A stretch of 64,000 bases of DNA from assembly GCA_964035575.1 (NCBI GenBank), contig OZ037843.1, positions 1,550,001 to 1,614,000 on the forward strand, given 5' to 3'. A program made the position numbers and the translations under genes. Below, in pieces: positions 1-11,505 of the stretch. Below the pieces are notes generated by a model, which had not been told where the DNA came from, searched no databases, and saw only the letters and a program-made list of their open reading frames with translations. Each line of letters starts with the position of its first letter. Position 1 is the stretch's first letter. Source of the DNA: Rhynchopus sp. YZ270_cl-10 (Eukaryota).

Positions 1-2723
1 CCTGAGGCTGACTTCAACAGTACGGTGCAGATTCTTGTCAGCAAGTATAACCTGTCAGCTGTACTGTACGAGGAACCCTTCAACTTGAAGGCAGGGGAGA
101 CAGGGACGATCAGACTAGACGAGCTGTACAGCGTGGCAGGGCTGTCCCGCGACTATCCTGTGGCTGTGGTGTACCATTCCGACGAGTCTGTGTTGGTGAG
201 CTACTCAATGTCACTTTACGTGAAGTTTGTTCCGAACAGTGGTGTTGCACCACTGGAGACAACTGCACTGTCACTAGCGGCAGTATCAGACTACCTTGAT
301 GCAGAAGTGCAGAACTTCGCACACGTGTATCATTTGGACCTGACCGACTTGGATTTCCAACCTGACTCAGACCAGGTCCACGTGGCGGGTGTGATCAACT
401 GCACAATGGACGCAGACGTCACGTTTAATCCTATAGCTAAGCAAGTCTTGCTCCACGACTCCACAGGGGCTGCGTACGACTATCGTGTGCCACATACTCT
501 GTCTGCCAGGTGCATTCATGGTAGTGTGATACTTCTTTGGCTCGTTTATGCCACCCCAATAACGTGGTCCCTGATACCTGTGACAGTTGCACCTCCCACA
601 GTGTCGCCACCAACACCGGCTCCCCCAACAGCTATTCCCACAGCAGCACCGACAGTTGCTCCCCCAACAGCAGTGCCGACAGCAGCTCCCACATCTGAAC
701 CACCAACTGCAACTCCAACGGTAATTCCCACAGCAGCACCAACAGATGCTCCCCCAACAGCAACACCGACAGCAGTGCCCACACCTGCACCACCGACAGC
801 AGCACCGACAGCAATTCCCACAGCAATACCAACAGTTGTTCCTCCAACAGCACTGCCGACAGCAGCTCCCACACCTGCACCACCGACAGCAGTGCCCACA
901 CCCGCTCCTGTTGTTGATGCAACTGCTGTGACTCAAGTCATCGTCGCAAGAGTGCGCACCGCACTTGCTGAAGGGTATGTGCATCCATCCACACTACTTA
1001 CCATACATACAACAGGTCGTTGATCGACGTGGCTCAAGCGTTCTTACCAGACGTGGTGACTGGGCAGGTGTTTTCATTTGGGACACTGACGCTGTCACGT
1101 GCCGCAGGTGACGGCGACAGTGCTGTGTTCTCTGTGGCGGTGACTGGATCGGATATGAAAGGCAACATGGAGCGAGTCCTGCAGGAGTGGGTCACTCTTG
1201 GCCCCGGGGAAACTGCCACGTTGACGCCAAACTCAATAGTTCCGATGGACGGAAAGACGTTCACAGTGGTCTTCACATCTGCATCAATCGCTGGGAACGA
1301 ATTCGATTGTACAATGTTGCTGTCGACGACGTTCACACCGTTGCCTGAGGTGGCTGTGCTGGACGTGGCGCGGTTGCGACTCAACAGAGACGAGTTTGGG
1401 TTCTTGCCGGGTTTGCCGATGTCTGGCGAGAGCTACAATTACGATCTGGCATCTGGGGAACGTCTGCTGGACTGTGGTGCTGTGGACAGCGAGGTGACGT
1501 TCACGGTGTCTCCGTTCAATGGGTCGTTGCGTGTGCTTGCCTCGAACATGACGTCCTTCGTGTTTAAGCACCCAGGTGTGGTGACGGTCTTCACGACGAC
1601 CTGCCTGCGTGGCAGTGCCATATGGGTGTCCGCCACTGCCGATGCTGTGTTCGCGTGGAGTGGCCCAACGCACGTACCCTCAACAAGCGTCGCTCCGTCC
1701 ACAGCACCGCTTTCCTTGGTGACACCAGCACCACTTGTGAACGGAACAGTGTTCCTTTCTGCAGTTGTCGAGGGACACATTGACTTCTACGTCCATAGGT
1801 ATGTAGTGCCGTAGTGTGGATGTGACACGTACCCCCACACACACAGCATGGTGAACACCGTCTCGGTGGACCTGATGTCGCCGTTCAGGCTCACGAAGGG
1901 TGGCCTATATGAGACACACACAGCACACGTGCTGAGCTTTGCGCTGACCCGTGGTCCGGCTGAGGGAGAGACAGCGGATTTTGTGTTGATGCTTCACTCA
2001 CAAGACAGCGACGCTGTGCTGTGGTCGACGGAGGTGACACTTGGCCCAAACGAGACGTATGTGGGCACGCCAAGCACAGTGTACGTGGATAAGATGTATT
2101 TCCGTGCGAGCCCTGCGTCGAGGCAGACGGAGCGGATGAACTTCAACTTCAACATGCGTGTGCAGTCGGTGCTTGTGCCTCTGGGTGTGGGTGACGAGGT
2201 GGACGAGGACGTGCTGCCCTCACTGTCTGTGGCAAGAGCGCTGAACGCAACAGGCAAGAACCTGACGAGGACAGGGTCGCACCACACCTTGGATACAGAC
2301 TTCTCAGGCACGTTGCTGTGTGAGGATGACGCAGACGTGACTGTGACAGCAACACTGGGGTCTGTGTCGGCAGTGGGGGCAGACCTGACGCTGCACGTGG
2401 CAAGCAACATGGAGGGTGCGGGTGTGCTTGTGGTGCCATGTGAGAAGGGGAGTGCAGTTGTTGCCAGCTGCGTTGCGCCCTGTGGCCTGCAGTGGGCTGC
2501 ACCAGCACCACCAGCACCAGCAGTGCCTGACAAGGGGACGGGCTCCGACATCCCCACCTACGTTTGGCTGCTGGCTGGTTCTGGTGGACTTCTGGTTGTG
2601 GTGGTGGCAGCAGTGCTGTGTGCACGGAGACGCAGGTCTGGGGTTGCGTACGATGGGTACTGCGAACCCGAAGCTGAGATCACAGAGGAACTTGCAGACC
2701 TTGGGTGTTATGCGCTTTCATAA
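1..2723 (+). CDS. 5'-partial, 3-exon type I membrane protein (exons <1-974, 1016-1798, 1847-2723): three related beta-rich extracellular domains separated by Pro/Thr-rich stalks, C-terminal TM helix and short tail
   Basis: ORFs 25-1023, 1020-1814 and 1848-2723 join in frame when GT-AG introns 975-1015 and 1799-1846 are removed. The frame is open from base 1. Related motifs recur (FNLKAGETG / VTLGPGETA / VTLGPNETY; CIHGS / CLRGS / CEKGS). TM segment YVWLLAGSGGLLVVVVAAVLCA is followed by RRRR. Confidence 0.8.
975..1015 (+). other. 41-nt spliceosomal intron (GTATGT...CAG), phase 2
   Basis: Removal gives GG|G (Gly) and continues into the 1020 frame (..AEG-SLIDV..). Confidence 0.8.
1799..1846 (+). 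other. 48-nt spliceosomal intron (GTATGT...CAG), phase 2
   Basis: Removal gives AG|C (Ser) then the ATG at 1848 in frame, and skips the stop at 1812-1814. Confidence 0.8.
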
Positions 2724-3050
2724 GACTGCCGGAAGCGTTTGCTCTTTCTGCCTTTGCACGTCAATTGCGCTGACAGAAAGCAACAGGAAGTGGACAACTA
2801 CGGAAGCATGCCTTGCGAACGATTATCTGACTGGATGTTGAACACTTTTGAAGGATCACAGCTCCTCTGCAACGTGTGAAGTTGAAGTCCTTTTCTTTTA
2901 CAGGCCTCAGCCATCAACCAAGGTTATTGACTTTTTTACTTTTATTTTGATAAATTGACAACACAGGACCGTATTTTCGTACACGGCTCGGCTGTGTCAC
3001 ACCTGATACAGTCGAGACAGTGGTTTTTTCCTTGATATCAGTTTTCATAT

Positions 3051-4933
3051 TAAACCCCCCCCCCGTATAATATTTACACACGCATATTATTTACAAAAAG
3101 GCCACTTTCACGTGTATTATTAACACACGCGTATTATTTACATCAGTCCTATTCGTGGTCATTTACCCCCCCCCCCCCTTTGGGTCGGTGAACCGGAAAT
3201 TTTGGAAATAAGGGGGTAAAATAAGGGGGGGGGGGGTAAATGAGGGGGTAAGGGGGGGGGGGGGTAAATTACCATGTTATGGGTTAGGTCATGTTTTTGG
3301 GTGGGAAGGGGGGACTTTTTCATACACGGTGGGGTAAAATTTTGCACAACACAGTGTGACGACACATGCTCTCATGACAAATGTGTCATCTGAAAAAAAT
3401 TCCTCACTTCCTTGCGACATCGCAAGCAGTCATGCATCATGGATCCACATCATCCACATCATCTTTCTGCCCGTGCCTGAACCATGACTGGTCAGGGATC
3501 ACGGTGTTGCCTCAGATTCCGTGAGGTGTCCCAAACGTATCGCCCACGCAGCACAAACGTACCCACCTGCACCCATCTACCTGCACACGTGATGTAAAAC
3601 AGGGTGAAAGATTATTTGCACTTTACCCCTTTCCTCATTTCGAGCTTGTCTCCAGCTTCAAATCAGACGAGTCCTACAGTCTCCGGATGTACGACCCGCT
3701 GAACACATCAGCCCCTCCCAGCAAACCATAAAACAAAACAGGTATGCGCTGCACTAAGTGAAACTATTACCCCATAATTACACGCCAGGTGGTGTTTTGC
3801 CACTCGTTCCCTGAACCCCCTCGCTTCGCTCGTGGGTTTAGGTCACTCGTGACAAAACACCACCTGGCGTGTTGCGGCGATAATTACCCAAAAATTACCT
3901 GGTGGCTGGTACTTTACCCCCCCAGGGGGGTAAAGTACCAGCCACAACAGGGTATTATAAGGGGGGGGGGGGTAAATTACCATGTTATTTTGGCCTGAAC
4001 CGTTTTTTTCTGAAAAAGGGGGTAAAATAAGGGGGGGGGGGGGGGTAAATTTAGGGGGGGGGGTAAATGACCACGAATAGGACTGATTATTTTTTTTTTG
4101 GATTTTTTTTTTTTGGGGGGGGGGTAGGGGGCACAGCCCTTAAGGAAATCCTTAAGGACCCTCTGTAACGCTCGTGTTTTTTCAAGAATTTTTTGAAAAA
4201 AAGTCATAAAACCCGCCAAGGTGGGTCTACATGGTCCCAAAGTGGCCTAAAATTCGTCGATTCTGCCTAATGAAACACCAAACAACCAAAACTGAGCGTT
4301 TATTTTCGAAAAAAAATCACTTTTTTTCCGAAAAAACGGCTTCGAAAATAGTAAGATTTTAGTAAGATTTCCTCTAGGAATGTAACGCTTTCAAAAAAAT
4401 GGATCCGGGAGCACAGTTTTTCTTCTAAGGTGCCGAAAACCACCCCACGTCCCCTCCGGTGAGGTCCGGCAGTGGAAATATGTGGGTTTCGAAGCTATTG
4501 GGCGTCCCCCTCCTCCCCGTCACTAACAAGTGACTCTGCCTCCGAATCGTACTCCACGTAGTACTCCATGGTCGAAAGGGCAGGGTCCGGGATTGCGATT
4601 GATGACATTTTTTAAAATATAAATAGCTTTCTGGTGGTGTGCGTTATGGAAAGTATGGGGATTGAATGTCAAGCATGTAGGTGAACGATGAAAAATTGTA
4701 AATTATTTTGTGTACCCTTTGTTTGTAAAAATGTGTGTGAACGAGGCACATATAGGCTTTACATATACTTCCTTTGTTTTCTTATTGTCTGTAGTGGAGC
4801 GGAGTAACCTCAGGAAACTACGATATACGCCTCTTATTAACACACGCCTATTATTTACAAAGACGCCTATTATTTACAACACGCGTATTATTTACATAAA
4901 TTTATGTAAATATTATACGGGGGGGGGGTTTAC
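3051..4933. mobile_element. Non-autonomous TIR element or composite containing nested elements
   Basis: taaacccccccccgtataatatttaca (3051-) is inverted at tgtaaatattatacgggggggggggttta (-4933). Both ends carry subterminal acacgcgtattatttaca repeats. Confidence 0.55.
3144..4085. mobile_element. Nested MITE with CAGTCC termini
   Basis: TIR cagtcctattcgtggtcatttacccccc / ggggggtaaatgaccacgaataggactg, flanked by AT on both sides. Confidence 0.7.
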
Positions 4934-5583
4934 TGTGTAACGTCACAAATCGTGTGATACTGTCACAGTGACAGTGACACAGCCCAGCCTTGTAGCCTGG
5001 GGGTGGGTAAAGGGGTCAATGTTGCATACTCGGAAACTCTGATATGGTCGATGGTTGTGGCTGAGTCCTGTGATTTTCGTTTGTTTTTGTTATTTTTACG
5101 TTTGTTATGTCTCATTTGGTCAGTTTTTAGCGAGCTTTCGTTTCTGTTGCTTCGTTCACCACCCATTGCAGGGTGCAATTCTTTCAATTAGCAAAACCCT
5201 CATATTAATGCGTCACAAACCGCAACAGCAGAAGAGAGATGGTTTGGTCTGAGGAGAATCAAAGGAACAAAAGGACCGAAGAACCAACCAGGCGGTTGGG
5301 CGAGATTCGAGGACCCTACCATCTCACAAACTGTTCGTTTGCAGTGTTTTTGTTGCACTTCAACAATGTGTGTTTTTTTGTATCTAACGTGCTCGTATTT
5401 TTTGTGTAGGTTGTTCACTGTGCACGTGCCCAAAGAAAATCAAATATACAAATAAGCAAACCTCTTCAATGAGTGTGCACGTGCAACATACCTGGCCCTG
5501 CCACCTCCCCTCATTCGGTCTATCTACACTGGCAGCTCACTTCGATTTGCTATGACAAAAAGACTTATGACACTGCATCTGGA

Positions 5584-5991
5584 ATGACCAAAGCCCTCAC
5601 TGATTTAGGCGAAACCTGCACCACAAAGGTTACCCTCACTGTACGCAAGGAGGCCGACCAGATGCAAAAGGTAAAGGTAAGCAAACTTGCCCATCAAGAC
5701 CTGGGATTGGTGTTCTGGCAAAACTCTTTGGTGATCCTGCAGGCTGGCGTCTTTGGTGCGTCCATTGGTTTGAGAGATTTTGAGGGCTGGCGGATCCTTG
5801 CAGTTGACGACATATTGATGATCGACCCATCACATTTCATGCGACACACCAAGGACAAAACCTCCTTCACCCTCAAACTTTGCGACGAAATGAACACCCC
5901 TTCCGCTCTCTTTTTGTGTTTTGACAGACTTTTATTGCAGCACGTTGCTGCTACCCATCCCTTCCATCTCAGACTCTTAAGTGAAGACTGA
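5584..5991 (+). CDS. Small ORF or gene fragment with a PDZ-like segment
   Basis: KVKVSK..QDLGLVF..SLVI...GASIGLRDFEGWRILAVDD resembles the PDZ pattern (K-x-LGLxF...G.RIL.V.). It may be a relic rather than an expressed gene. Confidence 0.3.
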   Translation: MTKALTDLGETCTTKVTLTVRKEADQMQKVKVSKLAHQDLGLVFWQNSLVILQAGVFGASIGLRDFEGWRILAVDDILMIDPSHFMRHTKDKTSFTLKLCDEMNTPSALFLCFDRLLLQHVAATHPFHLRLLSED

Positions 5992-6391
5992 CAATAACAC
6001 AAGGCTTTTTAGGATTGTCTGTTTTGTTTAGGGATGGGAACTCAAAACCAACCAGGCGGTTGGATGAGTGCAACTAATAGTCTATTTTGTCACTGTGGTG
6101 GCGGTTTTGTCAACGAGGGGTAAAATAGTTAGTAACACACGCTTGAAAATAAAATCAAAACAAAATAAAACACACTCGCTTTTGTACCTGTGTCCACACT
6201 GCACAGTGGTGCTTAACAGCCTTTCTTGTTGATTGTTGATGTGCCTAACCGTGCAGTGATAAGAGTTGGAAATTACACCCAACTTATGCATTCAAATCTG
6301 CAGTTCACGTGCCCACAAAGCTCCGTTGTGCATGGCATACCATCTATATTGCTGTACTAGTAGAGCGCGTTTTGCCTCTCGGAACTTTCTC

Positions 6392-6541
6392 TACACTACA
6401 GTACACTACAGTACACTACAGTACACTACAGTACACTACAGTACACTACAGTACACTACAGTACACTACAGTACACTACAGTACACTACAGTACACTACA
6501 GTACACTACAGTACTACAGTACACTACAGTACACACTACAG
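6392..6541 (+). repeat. Tandem 10-bp minisatellite (GTACACTACA) x ~15
   Basis: Directly visible. It ends in ...cactacag 12 nt before the ATG at 6554. Confidence 0.95.
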
Positions 6542-6553
6542 GATCTTCACAAC

Positions 6554-9343
6554 ATGATGTTAGCCAGATCTGTGGCTGTTCTAGCGTTGCTCGTGTCGCT
6601 AGGAACACATGCCCAAGCAGCACGCAAGTATGAAGGTGTGCAGATCAGCATTGTGATGTCGGAGTGGGCAATGCGTCCATTTGGCCCATACGTGAAGCGC
6701 TTCTACGACGAAACAGGGTGCAACGTGACGCTTGTGCGTGACGACTCCGCCTCGCTCATCAAAAGGATTGCTGCAGCTTCGGACAGTGGGTTTGGTGAGG
6801 ATGGATACATGATTCTGTCGCTGGACCTTCCGCAGCTGGCACGTTCGGGGCATATCCGCGACCTGACGGACAGGATTCGTGGTGACGACAAACTGGCGTG
6901 GGACGATCTGCTTCCGTTCTACCGTGACCAGAACTCTGCGTACCGCAAGCGCACCTACGGGATGCCGTCTGACGGTGGTCTCATTGGCATGTTTGGGCGG
7001 AAGGACCTGGTCCCCATCGGAAGCGAGCCAGAGACTGTCGAGGAGCTGCTAGCGATGGTGAAGCGCTTCGATGGGCAGGACTTGAACGGCGATGGGATCC
7101 CCGACCGTGGGTGGTGTGAGTGCAGAGGACCCACAGATGACATCCTGACGACACTTGTGAACGGGGAGTACGTGATGCAGTTCATTGCAACATACATGCA
7201 GACGAAGGGCTCGCAGCAGGGCATCTGGTTTGACCCTGTCACAATCCAGGCGAAGGTCGACCACGAGGGGTTCAGGAAGGGATTCGAAATGGCGCTGGCG
7301 GTGTGGCAGGCAGGGACACGTGCCACAGGCAATGAGTGCAACAGACACGCAGACTCTACATCAGGCATGAACATTCCCCGCATGAGGTGGGGGAACGGCA
7401 CGTGTGCGTTCTCAGTGAACTGGCAGGGAGGGATACTGCGTGATTTCTATTTGGAGAACACGTACGCAGGTGTAGGCACGAACAGGACAAGGCTCTTTCC
7501 ATTCCCAGGCACCACACACGTCGACATCGACAAGAAGCTGACGGAGTGCACAGCCTCAAGCTGCCCGTATGCCGTGAAGGGACGTTCTGGGAAGCTGCTC
7601 AACTACGCACCCTACGCAGCCCTGGGGGGAGGGTACAGCCTGCTGATTGGAACACACTCACAGCACTTTGATGCCACATTTGATTTCATGTCGCATCTGA
7701 TTGAGCCGAAGAATTCTGCCGTGTGGGTGACCGACAGGCAGTCTGCGTCATTCGAACCGTTCCGTGCGTCGCATCTGTACGCACCTGGCTGGGAGAAGGA
7801 GTGGGGCAAGGACATTGCGGACCAGTTCATTGAGACTGTGCGGTTCACGAACATCGGTGAGAAGAACATTGCGCCGGACTCCACTATTCCTGAGGCCCCT
7901 TTTTTTTCTCTGGACGTGGGCGTGGTGTTTTCAAAGGCACTTGAGGGAAACCTTACTGTGGACGAAGCGCTGCAGGAGATCAGAAACCTGTGGCTCATCC
8001 GTGCCGAGCGCAACGGTCTTGAGAAGGTGCGCGATCTCTACCGGGAGACACTGGGGCTGTCGCCGTACGCTCCGCCCACCTTGCTGACTACGGTCGAGGA
8101 TGCGCTGGAAACATGGCACATCATCCTGATCGTGGTGGGCGGTGTGCTCGCTGTGGTGGTCATCCTGTTCCTGGTCTACAAATACCGCATGAGCAATGAA
8201 GCGTACAGACTGCAGTTCGCCGACAACGTCGTGGCCGCACGGTGCGCGAAGGCCATTGCCTCTATGCAGCTGGACCAGGTGGCGTATCTTGCGGAGCTGA
8301 AGACGCCGAACGCTATTCAGGCGTCCTTCATTGAGATTGTGAACCGCTTGCATCAGTACAAGGCGTACATGCCGCAGTCGTTGTTTGTGAAGGATGATTC
8401 CAGCGATGATGCGGGAGAGAGCACCGTCAAGCCCGAGCGCAGTGCAGTGTCGTCTGTGAAGTCTTCGCGCAACTCAAGCTCCAGAAACTCCAGAAAATCG
8501 CGTTCAACGACGATGAGCCTTGCACACCACAGGGAGAAGGTCAACCTCTCGACTGAAGTGAAGAAGCGTAAGGTCTCTCTGGTGGTTACAAGCTTGAAGG
8601 CGTCGCTGATCGAGCAGGGCACGGCAGAGGTCAGCAAAACGATGGCAGCGTATCTGGAGGCTGCACAGTGCTGTGTGTCGAAGCACCGTGGGATCGTGGA
8701 CGAGGTGATTGGCGACAAGGTGCATTCTTCGTACAACACCACGCAGCCTTCGGTGCAGCACGGCAACATGGCGATGCAGTGCGTTGTGGGCATGATGAAG
8801 GAGTTTAACATGGACGTCATCTCTGCAGCAGCGTCTGGGCAGGTGATGTGCGGCAACGTCGGGTGTGCGAGCCTCATGCGCTACGGCATCATTGGGCAGG
8901 CCGAGGTGACTGTCTGGTCGTTGCACAGAATGTGTCAAGACTGGGGCTGTCTGAACCTTTGCGACGAAGGTGTCTGCCGTGACGCCTCGAGCTTCGAGCT
9001 ACGCGCCATAGCACGCGTCAAATCAGGCACGGCAAAGGACTTCCTGATCAGAGAAGCACTTCACAAGATCGAAACTGAATGCGACGAATGGATGTACGAG
9101 ATGGACAAACAGGACCAGAACAAGGTGTACGGTGCATACAACAAAGCGGTTGCATCGCTCTACAGTGGTGCGTTCGACGAGGCGACTGCACACATGAAAG
9201 GCTCCAACACGCCGCACGACGCTGAACTGTCCGAAAGAATCAGAAGGTTCCAAAACTCTGGCGAAGCACCCCTGCCCGTTCCAAGCGAGGTCAAGAAGAG
9301 CCTCCTTGCAATGTACACCCAAGCGGACCACGTCAATGTGTAG
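6554..9343 (+). CDS. Receptor-type class III nucleotidyl cyclase homologue: signal peptide, extracellular sugar-binding (ABC family 1-like) domain, one TM helix, degenerate cyclase domain
   Basis: Signal peptide MMLARSVAVLALLVSLGTHAQA. SBP motifs (DLTDRI..WDDLLPFYR..YGMPSDGG; DLNGDG). TM WHIILIVVGGVLAVVVILFLVY. YKAYMPQSL signalling-helix motif. Cyclase-like GIVDEVIGD and GQVMCGNVG..RYGIIG. The longer ORF start at 6266 just reads through the satellite. Confidence 0.85.
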   Translation: MMLARSVAVLALLVSLGTHAQAARKYEGVQISIVMSEWAMRPFGPYVKRFYDETGCNVTLVRDDSASLIKRIAAASDSGFGEDGYMILSLDLPQLARSGHIRDLTDRIRGDDKLAWDDLLPFYRDQNSAYRKRTYGMPSDGGLIGMFGRKDLVPIGSEPETVEELLAMVKRFDGQDLNGDGIPDRGWCECRGPTDDILTTLVNGEYVMQFIATYMQTKGSQQGIWFDPVTIQAKVDHEGFRKGFEMALAVWQAGTRATGNECNRHADSTSGMNIPRMRWGNGTCAFSVNWQGGILRDFYLENTYAGVGTNRTRLFPFPGTTHVDIDKKLTECTASSCPYAVKGRSGKLLNYAPYAALGGGYSLLIGTHSQHFDATFDFMSHLIEPKNSAVWVTDRQSASFEPFRASHLYAPGWEKEWGKDIADQFIETVRFTNIGEKNIAPDSTIPEAPFFSLDVGVVFSKALEGNLTVDEALQEIRNLWLIRAERNGLEKVRDLYRETLGLSPYAPPTLLTTVEDALETWHIILIVVGGVLAVVVILFLVYKYRMSNEAYRLQFADNVVAARCAKAIASMQLDQVAYLAELKTPNAIQASFIEIVNRLHQYKAYMPQSLFVKDDSSDDAGESTVKPERSAVSSVKSSRNSSSRNSRKSRSTTMSLAHHREKVNLSTEVKKRKVSLVVTSLKASLIEQGTAEVSKTMAAYLEAAQCCVSKHRGIVDEVIGDKVHSSYNTTQPSVQHGNMAMQCVVGMMKEFNMDVISAAASGQVMCGNVGCASLMRYGIIGQAEVTVWSLHRMCQDWGCLNLCDEGVCRDASSFELRAIARVKSGTAKDFLIREALHKIETECDEWMYEMDKQDQNKVYGAYNKAVASLYSGAFDEATAHMKGSNTPHDAELSERIRRFQNSGEAPLPVPSEVKKSLLAMYTQADHVNV

Positions 9344-10555
9344 TACCGAGCCATAATAGTATTTCCAACTCTTAAAGTGGTGGGGGCACTCTGCAGCGCT
9401 CGGCAGCACTCTGCAAGGTGGTCCTGCTCTCACGAGAGTTTTGTGTTTTTTTTTAAATTGATTGTGAGTTTTTTGCGTTTTTGTGGCATGTCAAACCTTT
9501 TGTCATAATACACGTTCTTTCCTGTAACAAAAAAAAAGAAGGTTTTGTGTTGTTTTTGTGCAAAAGTGACTTTTCAGTCGCTATCTGCAATAAGTTTGGC
9601 AGTAAAGCGTTCAACATAGTTTGTTGTCATCAGGAATGGTCATCGTACATGATGGTGAAGTAAATGACTTTTGACTTGTTGTGGTTTTACTGGTGGTTTC
9701 ACCGTTGTTCACCACATTACACCAGTTCTCTCTCCTCTCTCCCCATCACCCTCTTCTCCTCGCGTCCTGTTTCTGCAGGGGTGCAAATAAAGGTTGGAGA
9801 GTGCAACAGTGGTTAAAACTCTTTTACATCTACCCTCTGATACTACCAATGTGTGTGCAGTTAGGACTGAAACATGATGTACTGAATTTTCTAACCAACT
9901 CCTTTATTTTTACACATAACCCCTTTCCCCCAAACAACTGATGATGCAACTTCTGTGTTTTTCAGCACTTGAATGCAACCAATCAAAGCTACTTTCCAGA
10001 GTTGAGTGTCTAAATCTTTTAAGTACAATAGCCTTCGGGCTAACATTGAGTCCAGATCCTGCACATAGCAGGTGATTGCCGACACAACAAAAAGGCAATA
10101 GCAGTGGCAGGGCACGTTCCTGGCCTGCTAACTCACCAGCCTAGCTCCCTGCGACCTGTCAATGGTTTGCTCTCCCATTTAAATCCCCTTTCCAAGTCTT
10201 TTTTTCCTCTTTCTCAATGTGTGATGAGGTTTGCTTTGTTTGACTTTGTGTGCCCTGCAACAGGGGCTTTGTCACTAACACAACAAACATCGGTGGGGTA
10301 AAAAACCCTCCTTCGGGATGGCTCGTTTTTCCATTTATTGTGACAAAGTAAATAATAACCTACATTCTCGAACTTTTCTACTGACGTGATTTTCATTGGA
10401 CGCATCCCCTTTTTTTTTGAAAAACGAGAAAAGCTAATTGTATTTTTGGCCCCCCTCTGTGAGTATTGATTGAATTGGAGTCGGGGAGCACAAGCAAAGG
10501 GCAATGAAAGGAAAACAATGAACATTAAACAAGCTAGAAAAGAGACAGTATATAT

Positions 10556-10908
10556 CAGTGGCTGTCACGAAAGGTGTCAATTTCAGAATCCCAAAAAAAA
10601 AAGTCAAAAAAAATTTTTAAAAACTTTAAAAGTACGTATTTGGGCTTAAATTTGCCCGCTGATTCCATTGGAGCAAGAATTTTGAACTTTTGAAAAAATC
10701 AAATTTAGTCAAATCCAAAAAAGCGGTTTTTGCCGAAAATCTTTTTGAAATCCCGGGATAGGAGCCTAATTTTCCGGAGCTGGAAACTGCGCGGATCTGC
10801 ATTTCCGGAGTCCGCGCAAAAAAATGCAAAAAAAATCGATAAGATTAGTGGAGTAGAAGTTTGGTGGAAGGTGGTCCACCAAATTGACACCTTTCGTGAC
10901 AGCCACTG
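10556..10908. mobile_element. MITE with 28-bp perfect TIR and ATAT target duplication
   Basis: atat|cagtggctgtcacgaaaggtgtcaattt ... aaattgacacctttcgtgacagccactg|atat. Confidence 0.85.
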
Positions 10909-11505
10909 ATATTTCCGAACACACACACACATATTATTCAAATCATTCAATCCGAGCCCAATCATTTCGGTTTGTATTATTTCCTTACAAACCGTACGCG
11001 TACCGCTTCGTATGTTTGTATACAAAACAATAAATGAACAAACGAGCCTTCCCCCGAAAATCTTGTCTTTGTCAACGTTTTTGGATGGTGGAACCAGCAG
11101 TCGATGAAGAACCATGAAAGAACTTCTTCAAAGAAGGAAAAATAAACTAATTTTTCGACTCCCCCCCAGTGTCCCCACTACTACAATGAAATGCAATACA
11201 AAACAAACAGAGTAGCAAAAACAAAAACAAAAACAACATGAAACGAACTTTTTCGACTCCCCCAGTGTCCCCACCCACCCCTATGTGTGCACGGAAAAAC
11301 CGTTTTTTTCGAATTTATTGTTACAACGAGGCCGCAGTGGACGTGCACAGCTGAAAATCACCTTTTGCATTTCCGCAATCGGTCCGCACTGTCCCAAAAC
11401 CCACCTTAGTTTTACCCCACCGACCAGTATTTTTTTCTTATTTTCTTTGTGTTGTCCTCCCCACCCCACCCTCCCCAAACCACCACATCACACCACACTA
11501 CAGAA

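Noticed and set aside
6392..6541. Possible CRISPR array (also the 22-bp arrays at 23471-23565 and 25880-25960, and the aagttcagacttgccc arrays)
   Set aside because: Units are contiguous with no unique spacers, there are no cas genes, and the context is eukaryotic. The latter arrays are transposon subterminal repeats.
6266..6553. N-terminal ORF extensions (6266, 11449, 32013, 43075)
   Set aside because: They read through upstream satellite or CA-rich sequence. Signal peptides or plausible starts begin at ATGs 6554, 11506, 32157 and 43276.
10105..10145. Hairpin followed by CTAG as a Helitron 3' end
   Set aside because: The stem is imperfect, it is not followed by T, and no matching 5' end was found.
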